This document shows positions 1-13,112 of a DNA stretch of 64,000 nt, piece by piece. Source of the stretch: Hamiltosporidium tvaerminnensis FI-OER-3-3. Taxonomy: Eukaryota; Fungi; Microsporidia. Made by a program: the position numbers and the translations under genes. Every line of letters starts with the position of its first letter. The stretch's first letter is position 1. The notes beneath the pieces were generated by a model. That model was not told the DNA's origin and ran no database searches. It was given only the letters and a program-made list of their open reading frames with translations. The DNA lies in assembly GCA_022605425.2 (NCBI GenBank), contig JAKIMF020000001.1, positions 806,001 to 870,000 on the forward strand, written 5' to 3'.

Positions 1-399
1 AACTTTTTTTGATTATTATTTTAAGTCTGTCTTGGTACCTAAAAATATTTTATATTGAATTTACCAGAACTGGCTGTATCAGTTTTAATATAAAAATTAT
101 TGAATATAAAGAAGACTGAGATTCGTTAAATAGCTTATTTTTCCAGTTTAAGTCAGCACATGAGTGTTTTTATGTGTTTTATCTCTTGCATAGTGGTACA
201 GGTTTGTTTTTTCTTATAGTTTTCTCCGTAAAAAATATAAATATTTTTCATTTTTGAGTTTATGAATGTTTAACCATACAGATTGAATTCTTATACATTT
301 TATTTTTGCAATGATATTTCTATTTATTATTTCCCCATTTCTTCTAATAATTTATAGATTATATAAAATATGTGAGTTGATGATTAATAAGTATAACGA

Positions 400-1500
400 T
401 TTACGTAGATACAGATCGAGCAGTAACAGAGTTACTTCTATAATTCTTTAAGATTTCCTTGCATTATCTTAATCTCCTTGCTGCAAATATTTAATATAAA
501 CCAATTTATTCGCATATTTCAATATATCAGCGAAGATGGTTAGTAAGTTATCGCGATCTGATTAACTAATCAAAGATGTTTCTATCATTGAGTTCAATCA
601 ATGGAATAACTGTATTTAAGACATCGCTTCTTTTTAAAACCCTTTAAGACAAGATGTTAGGTTTTATTTGAAGATTTTTTTATATTTCTGATAATGGCAA
701 ACATTTGGGTTTGGAAAGTGTCGTATTCCACACATAGAACATAACAAGTTCCAGATTTATTGTTTCACTGTATAATATATATTGATAAATGAAGTTTTTA
801 TCTTCTATTATCTAGGATAAGATGGATTATACATTTCCAAGCCTATTACATTGATATTTAAAATAAAATTACTCGGATAATCATTTGAAGTGAAACAAAC
901 GACCACACTTGTGGATTTTGATCGAGCTTCTAAGTCATACAATCATACAAAACACAGATATAAGAGAATATGACCAATATTTTGATTTTTTCTTGTATTT
1001 TTTTCTCTTGGTCTATTATTTTGATTTTATTTTTACAGTTCGAGTTAAAATAAGTCAGAATTTTAGGATTCAAGAATATTTTTAAGTTTTCATATATTTA
1101 ACGAATAAAGCTATTTTTATTCTTCTGTATTATTTGAAAGAAGAGTATGTTTCCTTAATGCTTGGAAAATATTCTTTTATAGATTGTAAAAGTACTAAAA
1201 CTAGTTACTGAGTCTACTTCATACATCATTTTACGAAATAAATATATTTTGCAATTAACTATTGCCTTTGCTCACTTTTTGAAGAACTTTGCCTATAATC
1301 CAAATCAAAACAATATATGTTTGACACATAGAAGATTGATCTAGAGTCGATCCCTTATCGAGATATTATTTTTGGCCTAAAATATATTATAATTTGCAAA
1401 TACCGAAGTAACTCGGTTCGTTTCTCCAAAGTATTACATTCATTCTGTCCTATATATTATAATAATTAAATGTGAGTTTCTTTATATAGAAATAAAAAAA
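400..1500 (-). mobile_element. Highly decayed relic of the RLE non-LTR retrotransposon (RT region)
   Basis: Patchy colinear similarity by eye to 16500-17580 (e.g. ttccacacatagaacataacaa vs atccatacacaacacaaacaa); no ORF; boundaries approximate. Confidence 0.3.
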
Positions 1501-1661
1501 ATCGATGCTACTCTAAAATGTGAATTCAAATTCGGTTTTAATAAATTATAAAAATAGGAAACATGCTTTGAATTGTATTGGATACCATATGTGCATTTCT
1601 TTAATAATATCTTCATCTGTTGCTTTGGCTATACAGTAAAGGAACACACATACTTTTATAA

Positions 1662-1890
1662 TTCCTCCATTCATCCTTGGCACTACAGCCTTGTGCGAGC
1701 CTTGGCCTCCTTTAGTAATAACGTACACCGGTCTTTTTCCAGTAGGTTTGTTTACTTACTAGGTTTCGTAACAGGCAATTTTAAAGGGTGGGTTGTTGGC
1801 CCTACGCTTAATCCCAAGATGAAGTACCAGTCACTTTTAGTTGTCTCTTACGACAAGCAGATAATACTCGAAGCATTCTGCTTCTGGAAT
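1662..1890. mobile_element. Short RTE-clade-derived element of arthropod type
   Basis: GC-richer island. Minus strand reads GGAGGCCAAGGCTCGCACAAGGCTGTAGTGCC plus a gatgaatg tail (RTE 3' terminus pattern). Also GGTTTCGTAACAG, GGGTTGTTGGCCCTACGC and TTAGTTGTCTCTTACGACAAGCA, motifs I recognise from insect RTE termini. Confidence 0.6.
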
Positions 1891-4255
1891 ATAGTTTCAT
1901 AATAGTTAACTTATTCGGGTTTAGCCTGATTGAATAATTCTAAATTAAATAAGTGTCTAGATAGCTTAAATGAATTATTATTTTAGTTATACTTGGTGTC
2001 ACGTTGAATATAAGATAATATTTAAATCGTTTTATAATTAATCTTCGGAATACATATATAAACCCTGATATTTATTAAACTTTTTTGAAAATTTCTTAGG
2101 ATGTTTCTCTCACAAACCGAGTTAAAAGATTATTTAAGACTATGCAGGCCATATATCAAGCTTTTAACATACAAATTATGATTGTAAAGTTGCACAAAAA
2201 ATCAAAATATAGAATTAGTTTCTGCTTTGCAATAACATATATATGTAATGGCTATAATCTCATAGCTTTGTAATATTAAATATAACTAAAATAAACGTAC
2301 TATATTGCTATTAGATTCAAAATTTTTAAACTTTAAGCTTAAAAATACCTCTTTATAATCCTGATTTGCTTTCTTTTGTATTTTTTTGAAATTTTATCAT
2401 GGCCACGAGTATTTTATTTACATTTAATATGAGATATAATGACGATCTATATATAGGTAGATACTAGTGTGTGTCAATTAAACGACTGCTCTATTCTTGT
2501 GTTTCATTTAACATTATTTCTTCAACAGCAAATGAAAAGAAGAAATAGACAGGATAGCGGAATTTGCTTGTGTTGATTTAAAGGCTCTCTTATCGAGTTA
2601 TAGCATTTAAAAACCTATTATTATGAAAAAAAAATAAAAATAGAGTTATGTTGTTTTATTTACGTAGTTTGATTGAATCAGGAGTAATTTGCGTTTATTT
2701 GCCAATAAAGTTCCGCATTTCTTATGGCTTTTAATACACAGCATCTGGTTATAAAGTGATAACATTTAAGAGTGTTGTTGATATTAGCAATATATTTAAC
2801 AGATATATAATCAAATTCGCATTTTCTAAAGTTTTTAATGAAACTATAATTATTTTTAAATTCCCTCTTATATTACTCTGATTTAGAACTATATTTTTTC
2901 TTTTAAGATATGAATTTCTCTAGATTTTTAATCTATTCTTAATTATTTGCAGTGTTTCATATTTCTACCTCCAATTATAATAAATATCTTACTATTTGTT
3001 CTTTCAATTTTTTTATATCGACAAAAAGATTGATTTCGACATCGAATGTTGTAAGAAATTGAAATAACATAAAAGATGTCATAAAAGAAGATAATATGCG
3101 GTATTCTAATATATAGTAAATAAATAAACAATACTTAGTAAAATATGTTAGAATTTAAAGACTTCAATAATAAAGCTTTCGCTGTCAAAGTAGCAACAAA
3201 ATAAAAACTTTATACTTAATTATAGCTTTAAATAAAGCGAGAATACCTTATTAAAAACGGAATAAAAGATTTAAGAAAAATGATTCAATTTTTATAAATT
3301 CCTCAGTATAGAAATTATAATTACAATATAAATTTCATATATTTATACAGAGACTTAAAGCAAAAATTTTGGTACATATATTCAATCAAAATATATATCC
3401 AGTTTAGCTAAAACATTGAAAATTATATCACGTAAAAACCCTGGTTGAAATCTATATAAAATAGTAAATTTTAAAAAACTTTAATAATTGTGATTTTATA
3501 TATTCCCTCTATGTATCTTATTTTTGTTTTTACAATATATATCCAAATAAAGTAAAAATTATCAAATATATCATTTATGGTTTAATTAGTAATATTATAA
3601 ATTAATTTTCAAAACGTTTTTGAATATAGCTAGTTCTTAATTAAATGAAATCCTAGATATTTCTAACAATGGCTTTTACTTATTTTTAAATAAATTTTGA
3701 AGTTTTTTTGACTGAATCCAATGCATTCTATTCCTGTTAACTCTAGATGTAATCTATTCGATATAAAATATTTTGAGAAAGAAGGATATAGCAATATCTA
3801 TGATTTTTCACGTTATATTTTCTATCATAAATGTCAAACCTCATATAGCTTTATTTACTTAAAGATATATCCAATAAATTTGTTTTAATATCTTATAAAA
3901 CGATTCATTTTTTTCAAATATAGCTTTAAATTTGATTCTGGTTTTTTCTTATATTTTTAAAAGCTTGCTTAATATTTATTTTTTGTTAAAATCATTGTTC
4001 AATTAACCTATAATAATAAATTTTTGCAGGAATTTTTCACATGATGTGTGTCTTTACTTGGGAGACTCATGCTATTTCTAAGATAAAAATTTTATATGAA
4101 GTAAAAATACGATAAAAGATTCATTTATAGAATTATCTTAAATTTAAATACAATTGGAAAGATTAAAAACGATTAAAATATAGTTTATTTTAAAACATTT
4201 CTAAATATTTATGTTAAACAATTTAACAAAAGTATAAACTAAAATATTTTTCTAT

Positions 4256-5561
4256 TTAAAAATTTGTTACAGCATCTATAAAGGTTAAACTTAGAAACCA
4301 CACATATACAAAGAAAAGTACAAATGAAAATTCAATGCACAATTTCTTGTTTCTAGCTTCATAATTAAATATCTGAATGAGTAAAGTTATTGGGATAAAT
4401 GAAAGACCCACGAGTGAAATATCTTTGTAAATGTAAAAGTCAAGTTCTCTTTCTTCACTTCTTGCCAGTAAAACTGTAAAGATCAAGCCAAGGTTAAACA
4501 AAACGTTGTGGACTGGTGCTGCCATCGTTGCGTTGACTGCAGTTCTATACATTCCATTGTTTGAACTGACGATTCCGGTGACAAGATCCCCTATACAATT
4601 TGCCCAAGCAATTAATGTAAGTGCCGCTATGTTTTTATTGATTCCCAAAGTCTGATCCATCACATTTATAACAGAAATCAGTTCATTTGAAACAACAAAG
4701 ATCCATATACACGAGAATAAAAACGTGTATAACGGAAATATTGTATTCTCAGGACTTTTATTTATTAAAAATCCCAATATTAATCCAGAAAGACAACTCA
4801 AAGCCATAATTGAAATAAATCTAGCCAAGTTCATTTTCAAATTCATCAATATAAGAAGCAGGAAGAAATTAATCATCGGCGACAAAAATCCTAATATATA
4901 TTTCGGTATAATCGGTGTATAATTCGGGTTTTGGCAAAGTATTTAGTAATATAATATCCAAAAAGAACTTAAATGGCCGAGAAAATCTATCAAATAAATA
5001 TTTTATCTTTTTTCTCTGAAGATTTACTTGTGGAACATTTATTTCTTCAATTACATCTGAAGCGTATCTTGAATTATAAAATGAATATAATAAGAATACA
5101 ATATAACTAACTAACATTCCAATACAAACCTTTATATCAATTTTTTGCATCGCAATAATATACAAAATAAATACAAAGGCAATAAAAGTGAAAAACACGT
5201 TTTTGTAAAAAGTCCGGTAACATATTTTTTCATTTCGTCTGCAAAACATAACTACGCCACCCAAAACTACCGTCATAAGAAAAACAAAAGATCCCAGTGA
5301 TATACACAATGCAATATATGGATCAACCTTTAGTGCAACCACAGATGTAATAAGATCTGGTATTCCATTTCCAATATTTAATAGTAATATTCCTGCCATA
5401 TCAGAATTAATTTCATATTTTTTAGATATTGCACTTAAAACTTCTATCAAATAATCATCTGCAATTAGATAACTCATATATAATAAAAAAGGAATCCAAA
5501 ATAGTAAAAAAATATAGTTTGATGGACTTGGAAGCGTGTTATAAATTTTCTCCGTATTCAT
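4256..5561 (-). CDS. Na+/Ca2+ (CCX/NCLX-type) cation exchanger, split by one extra base near 4925
   Basis: Alpha-1 repeat AGILLLNIGNGIPDLITS in 4869-5561 and alpha-2 repeat LTLIAWANCIGDLV in 4256-4885; second ORF is +1 to the first; CCC just upstream of ATG. Confidence 0.85.
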
Positions 5562-7291
5562 AAGGGCTTTTTATAAATTGATTTCCTTTAATGTAAATAT
5601 TTGTTTATAAGAAGAAATTTATTCTGTTTATGTTTTTCTTAGCAAAGAACATTCTTTAGAATTTATTTTAATTAAATTTTCTTTGGTCATTGAATTAGAA
5701 TATTTTTCATTTGAAACTTAAATTAAATTTAAGATATAGATTTTTGACATAATCGAGATTTGTATATCATTTTTATCAAAGAATAAAGAAAAAACTTCCT
5801 GACTAATAACTATTCAATTAAAACTAACATAATTAAATGCTTTATTATTTGATTTGAAATAATTTTAAATCTAAAGCCTTTATTAAAAAGATAGAATAAT
5901 AGTGTTTTAAGTGTAGATTTCACAAAAGAATTCTATTTAAAATACTATTAATGGTTTATAATTATAACAATACGGTGATAACCAAAAGAGGAAAAACAAT
6001 AAAAAAACATTTATTTCAGAATCTTTTAATTTTAATTTACGTCGAAGCAAATTGAAGTTATAATTTTCCGTTTCTGAAGTGAGTTATTCAAATTGAGAAA
6101 ATATTGTTCGAAATAAATTTCTAAACAAAAAAATCAAAGTAAAATTTAAGATAAAAAAATATTTAATTTTTCTTTATATTAAAACCATAAAATAAAAAAC
6201 TATTTTTGGTAAAAAAATAAACGTAAAATTTGAAAAATCTTTTTATATGTGATTTGAATACTTTATATATTCATAAAAACAAATATCACAGTCAATTTCC
6301 ACTTAAAATATTTTTTTGTTTTTTTATGTTCAAACAGCAGCAGAAAATAGAATAAAAATACAAATGCAAATATTTAATTTTGAAAAGCATTTTCTTAAAT
6401 TTAAATCAGTTATTCCATTTAAATTGCAAAATCTAGGTAAGAATTCAAAGCAAATATAATTTATCGCAGATATTTAATTTTAAAAACTCAAACATAAAAA
6501 TTTTATTTCTCATAGAAATACAAATGAATAAATTAAATTCATAACTATAAAACGAATAACTATAAAACGAATAACTTAAAATATTTGTAAAATCTTAGTT
6601 AAATTATTATATTAAACTTATTGAGATACTAAATCAATAAATATTTTTATTTTTTGATAAATTATCTCACCTCATAGCAAAATATATTTTAAATACTTAT
6701 TAATCTAATAACTTAAAAATCAAAATAAATATATAATTCAACTGAATTGTTAAAAAGATATTTAAAGATTTTTTTTTAAACATTATTCTTCAATCATATC
6801 AAAATTTAATATAAATGATATTAAATTTATAGACAATTATATATTTATATTTCAATAAAAATACAAAATTATTTATAACCTTACTACCTCACAATTAAAT
6901 TTATCCTTTATAATTACTTCTTTTAAAATAATTTTATAAAATATTTCATTAAATTATACTCGTTTTTAAAATATTTTATTAAATTATACTCGTTTTTAAA
7001 AAGTATATTAAATAAATTAAAAATATTTTTTTTACTAAAAATAGTTAAAAATGTCTCATTAGATACAATGAGAAAATCATGGCCATGAAACTTACAAATA
7101 TTTATAAATCAAATCAATTCAATATTTTATGATCTCGAGTAGGTAATTCAAAAATAAAATTTATAATTTCTATATTTAGAAGCTTTATTACAGATTTTAA
7201 AAATTATATTTTCCATTGATTTACTACTTAATTTATAATAAAAATAAATTTTAAAAACGGTTTAAAAATATTTTAAAATAAATTCAAAGAA

Positions 7292-9251
7292 TTATTGATC
7301 TTCATTTAGAATTTGTGATAGAAGACAAGAAATTTCTTCTTTTAAATGTAAATCAATTGTTAAAGTGATTTCATTCATTAAAAGATTAATTTTATATAAA
7401 AATTGAATAAATGTAAGATTTTCATTGGAAAAATACTTTTCAACGATTTCCTTATTTAATTTGAAAATGTGAGAAATATTTTCTGAATTTAAATTCTTTA
7501 AATTATTTAATTTACTATAAATTAAAGATATTTCTTTTTTAGACAAAAACATGTTTTTTTCTTTTTTACTTAAATCCGAAAATACTTCTCTGATACAATT
7601 ATCTCTGTATTTAATAAATGCTTTCGATTTAAATAAATATGAATTCTTCTACTTCAAAGTTATATTCTTTATTAGAAGATGAAAGTATATTTTCAAAACT
7701 TATATTATTTCCTCGATTAAAATCTTCTTTTATTTTTTCAAAATATTCTTTGAAATAAAAAATTGCATCGTTGATATCTTTAGATCTGTTTAATTTAACA
7801 TAAATATTTTTTATTAAAGAAAGACAAAATTTAAATATAAATAATCTGCCTTTAGTTGCTATTTCATCAATTATTCTAAGAAATTGTAAAAAATGTAAAT
7901 GTTGAACGAACATTGAAATACACCATAAAGATAATACAGAACTGATTGATATATTACGTTTTTCTAGATTTTTATATAATCCAGGAAAATATTTTTCAAT
8001 GAATAAATTAATTATTATTTCGTAAATATAAATTCCTTCCATTTCTTTTTCATAACATTCATTAAAAACATTTTCAATGAAATAATTTAATAACCAAAAA
8101 GTCATTTCTTCATTTACAAAAATTCTAAATGTACCGACATAAACATTCATACACTGAAAGTATCCTACATCTGGTTTATAAACATTATACGTTTCCAATA
8201 TTTGTCTCAAATTTTCTACATTTTCAATATTTCTATAACAAGAATTATCAGAAAATGTTCGGTGAATATCATCATTAATTTGCTTTGAAATTTTTAAATC
8301 ACCGATTTTATTCTTTAAATCATAATAAAATTCATTTTGAATTACTTTATAATCCAATGCCATATTTAAAATCCAAAAAAATCCTTTCAACTCACATGGT
8401 ACTTCTATTTCTGGTAATTCATAATTATTAATATTATATATGTCTATTATATTGCTAAATATTCTTTTATTATAATTTTTAGGTTCATAATCTTTATTAA
8501 AAGTATATTTTGTACCAAAACCTTCAAAATCATTATTTTTTTTGTGTTGGTATAATTTATTTACTTCATCTGTAAAAATATTTGTATATTTTTTATTTTC
8601 AGATATTAAATTGAATAGAGAATCTAAAAAATGTTTATTTTCTTTCATAATGAATTCATGAATACCGCCAAAAACAAGATTAATCTTTAAAACAATATAA
8701 TCAAGCATATCGTCTGTTATACATTTTTCTATTTCTACTTCTTTTATTTGAAATAATCTAATCACAATACCTTTCTTACAATCAAATATTAAATAATTAT
8801 TAAACAGATATATTCTTCCACTATAATCTTCATATTTCACTTGAAAAGAAGTAATTATTTCATTTTTAATAATCAATCTATACTTTTCTATCAAATATTC
8901 TTTCAAATTGAAAATATTAAACTCCATAATACAATTATCAGATTCATTCTTTAATATATTTATACCAAATCTAATTTCATAATCGTATTTAATAGCTCTA
9001 ACTAAAAAATAGTAAATTAAATTTATTCTTTTAAAATCGCTAAAAGTATATTTTTCATCTGTAAATGTCAATATTTCTATATCTGTACTTTCAATATTTC
9101 TTATATCAGAAATTAAATACAATTTTATTACTTTATATAAATTTACACCACTAATTATAATCTTATCTACATAAATAGTTATATCAGTCATATTTTTTTT
9201 ATATTTACAACTCGTTTTCACAATAATTTTATCATCTAATATTTTTTTCAT
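7292..9251 (-). CDS. TBC-domain Rab GTPase-activating protein, extra base near 7646
   Basis: QINDDIHRTF and VGYFQCMN TBC motifs; +1 frame open from ~7645 (NSYLFKSKAF...) into ORF 7292-7552; ACCC directly before ATG. Confidence 0.8.
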
Positions 9252-9398
9252 GGGTATTTCTGTATTTCGATGTAAAGAATATTTATTTGAAAAAAATTAA
9301 TGTAGTAAAAATATTTTGATCTATACTTTTACAATTTTGTTGCAAATGAATAATATATTAAATGATAAAGATTGGAAAATGAATTGTATGTATAAAAT

Positions 9399-9523
9399 AA
9401 AGATTTGAAAGCGAGTTGTATGTATTAAAGAAAGATTTGAAAACGAGTTGTATGTATGAAATAAAGATTAGAAAATTTCTTTTTATTACATAAAAAATAG
9501 ATTTGAAAGCGAGTTGTATGTAT
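9399..9523. repeat. Degenerate short repeat (aaagatttgaaagcgagttgtatgtat, 3-4 copies) upstream of the TBC gene
   Basis: Direct repeats visible at about 9399, 9431 and 9499. Confidence 0.7.
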
Positions 9524-9849
9524 AAAGAATATATTTCGAATATTACGATATTGTAAAATATAAAAAAAATGCCAATAAACTGTTTATAAAGTAAAATATA
9601 AATCCAAATTCTTTAAAACATTGTTAATAACTTATTTAATACACATTTTCATCAAATATGAATCTATAAATACGATCATTCTTTGGAAAATTTGCTTAAA
9701 ATATCATTTTGATCCATTTATACGACAAAATTTGAACAAAAATAATAAATTATTCAATAATTTCCTATTATTCTTCAGCATTTCTATTATATTTATCATT
9801 TCAGAATATAAAGTAATCAGTAAATATTTAAGTATAGATTTGTAAACAT

Positions 9850-10945
9850 CAAGGACGCACACATTTTCTTAGTATGTTCAAATACGTGTAATTCATAGAA
9901 AAAAATTTTAAAAGAATATTAAATTTGTAGTTTTCATAAGAAACAACGAAAAAAAAACGACGAAAAATAAAATATACGTAGGAAAAATTTATACTTTTTA
10001 TAGCCTCTTTAGTCGGTTTTTACTAAAAATTTCATATACCACACTCTTATTCCTTACAGACAAAAAAACAAAGAACCATATCTCTCTTTTATAACAAAGT
10101 TTCTCTTTTTACAAAAGATAATCTATTTTGATTCATCGCTGTAATATATTTCTATCTGAATATCTTAAAATTAAACACCATTTCTTCTAAATAACAGATA
10201 ATAATACAGCCAATAACACTAAAATCTTCAATAATTATGGAAATGTAAGTATTTCTAGCTTCCTTTCGATTCTTTCATATCTAAAAACAGTGACTTAAAT
10301 CTTCACCCTTCTTTCAAATAATATACTTTTTATTTCTTAAGTAAATGCTGGATGTATATTTTATAGCTGTTTCTCTTCTATCAATTGAATCTTTCTCAAT
10401 TTTCAGATTATTTGACTTCGAAGAGCGATATCGTATATATAATCGCTGTTTCTCTTCTATTTATTCAATATTAAAATAACTTTCATTTTATTGATTCACC
10501 TTTCCGATTTAACTTATAAACTACCTCATTAAACTTCTTTTTCTGTTAAAAACTTCTCCATAAAAATAAAAATATTTTTATTTAATAAAATTCTGAGTTA
10601 AAATATTTTTACCATTTTTATATATTTTCTTCCAACTCTTTAACCACCTACTGTCTCTTCTTCTAAATCCAAAAATAAAAATATTTTTATTTAATAAAAT
10701 TCTGAGTTAAAATATTTTTACCATTTTTATATATTTTCTTCCAACTCTTTAACCACCTACTGTCTCTTCTTCTAAATCCAAAAATAATCATAAATAATAA
10801 ATTTGAAATAAACAAAATATTTCTCTGATTCTTTATAAGTAAATCAAAAGTAAAATAGTCCACAAGTTTTATATCTTTGTACTAATTATAAGTATTGAAG
10901 AGTTTTCAGCAATAGTAAATTATTTTTATGCTTTGTAAAAACATG
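9850..10945 (-). pseudogene. Decayed unidentified gene interrupted by LINE 3'-end insertions
   Basis: ACCC-ATG start signature at 10945 followed by coding-like sequence with many stops and frameshifts; 3' boundary uncertain. Confidence 0.3.
10562..10787 (-). mobile_element. Two tandem 109-bp units, each containing the last ~95 bp of the LINE
   Basis: Units match 15141-15235 (tttatttaataaaattctg.gttaaaa...tctttaaccac...tgtctcttcttc); aaaaataa at each boundary. Confidence 0.85.
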
Positions 10946-10999
10946 GGTATAATTTTTAAATCCAAATATTTTATTTTTTATAATTAAATTTAAGATACT

Positions 11000-11970
11000 A
11001 CTCAAGATGGTTAAAGAAAGGAAGTGTAAGACCGCGTGATGAAGCAGTGTTCTGCTATATCCAGGATAGAAACGTATTTTTGGGAGCAGAAGGTGTGTGT
11101 CAACACTGTAACACGTCTAGAAAAATAGTAGACCATTTAGCAACGAGATGTGAAAAAATGCTTGGTCATGACTATACTAGACGACACAATGAAGTGGTAC
11201 GATGTATACATTTGCTCTTGTTAAATAAATATAAATTCAAGTCTTCAAAACGAATCAGAAGCCACTCAGTTCAAGAAATTCTTGATAATGAGTATGCAGA
11301 GATAAGAGTGGACACCAGAATAAAAACTGATGTCAAAATTCGAAATAATAGGCCAGATATATTCGTTTTAGACAAGAGACAAAATAAGATTACCCTCATT
11401 GAAGTAGGAATCACCTCCCAAGACTCACTTCAAATAGTTGAAACAGAGAAACTTAAGAAGTATGACCTATTAGCAAATGAGCTGGGCCTTATTTATAAAT
11501 GTAGTATAGAGATAATTCCTTATGTGATAACATGGGATGGTATTGTGACAAAATACCATAAGACTTATCTTAAAAGATTACAAATACCCATAAATGTAGA
11601 GGCATACATTCAGTCCATAGTACTTAAGAAAACAGTCGAAATGATTTCCTTCGATCGACGAAGAGGAATTGAGTCAGGACCAAGTGCCGAAGAGAGCTGG
11701 GAGAGAGCGTCATTAAATGTTATTATAGGAGCTGAGATGCATAAACAGCCAACACCCCCCTTAAAAGAAGTGAAGAACGAGGAAGATAGTGTTAAACAAG
11801 TAAATTCAAAAAATATTTTATCCCTTATTTTAGATGACGTAACCAGACCAGAGGAACCGACGATAGACATTAATGATAAGTCGGATGTAGAAAAAGAGAA
11901 TAAAGTGGTTAAAGTGATGGAAGAAATTAGTTAAACGAGAGAAAATATGTTTACCCAGAATTTTATTAAA
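11000..11970 (+). mobile_element. 5'-truncated RLE non-LTR retrotransposon copy (CCHC and endonuclease region)
   Basis: ORF 11047-11934 closely matches the C-terminus of 15182-18751; ends cccagaattttattaaa; 15-bp TSD taaatttaagatact at 10985-10999 and 11971-11985. Confidence 0.95.
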
Positions 11971-11983
11971 TAAATTTAAGATA

Positions 11984-12712
11984 CTTTATTTAAAAGTATC
12001 ACATCTTTTTTAAAATAGTGGCAAGTGTTATATTTGTTTTTATGACATTAACGCAGTTCTAGGTTTAACATAAATAACTGCTACCCCAAAACTCCATCAG
12101 TAACCCCTGCGATACCTACGTCCCAAAGCCTTTCATCTACCAGGTGTGTAGAACCTAATTAATAGGCGAGGCAGTTGCCCGGAGTTCGTTAATGTCCGTT
12201 GCATGGAGTGTGATCGAAGGCCGAAGCCCCCCCTGGGCTCCCCCAAGACTATGCAGCATTCCCACTTACTCTACACTTTCTGAACCCAATAAACTTCTAG
12301 CTAAGATATATTTCAGAGACTTACATGGGGTCCACCTAGACAGTGCAATGTCATACCAACAGGTATAACCGCTACTTAGCTCTCCCGGCTTTAAATGATT
12401 TTTTATTTTATATCTCCCAGGCGCTAAGTCTTCTAACCCGAGTGAGCAAGGCTAGGTTTCCATGCTTTTACATGGTAATTACCTACATGTTCAGCTGCGG
12501 TCTGCAATCTGGTTACATAAAAAACTACAAATAAATTTGTAGAAAAAGTTTCTCCATTTATTAGACTTCTCCTCCTCATAAAAACTCCCATAGAACAGCC
12601 GAAGATGTAGTGTGGTTGTATTCCCACCAAAAATCCAAACAATGATCCCCAATCAGTTTCACACACTCATTGCCAAGCAGAAAGTTTTTTATGTGGTTAT
12701 CCTCCCTCCACC
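11984..12712 (-). mobile_element. SINE-like non-coding element, family A, copy 1
   Basis: Homologous end to end with 20537-21262 and 38773-39485; no TIR or conserved ORF; flanked by ataaatttaagata at 11970-11983 and 12713-12726; strand inferred from the TTAAATAAA terminus shared with the LINE. Confidence 0.8.
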
Positions 12713-13112
12713 ATAAATTTAAGATAAATCTTTATTTATAAAATAACAAATAAATAAAAGAAGTTTCAGTTGTAAAAATCATATAAAAATATTTTTTAAA
12801 ATTTAAATTTTATTGAGTTTATTTAAAATTTTAGGATTGGTAATAATATCATATTGAAGGAATATTGGTTTATGAAACTAACGTATTTATATTTTTAAGG
12901 ATTTAAAATTTATACCTCTACAACACAATATTATTAAAAATACAATAATATCTAACAATACAGTAATATTTAAAATACAATATACTTTTTATTAAAAATA
13001 CCACATTTTATTGAATACAATATAATATTTAAAAAGAATATTATTTTTTGAAAATAAAATACAGTAATATTAAAAATACCACATTTTATTAAATACAATA
13101 TAATATTAAAAA

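Noticed and set aside
12425-12445. Telomerase-template-like CTAACCC in family A
   Set aside because: Not conserved in the other copies (ctaacac, ctaacct, ctaactg), and the family behaves as a dispersed repeat
12343-12666. Short ORFs inside family A
   Set aside because: Frames are not preserved between copies
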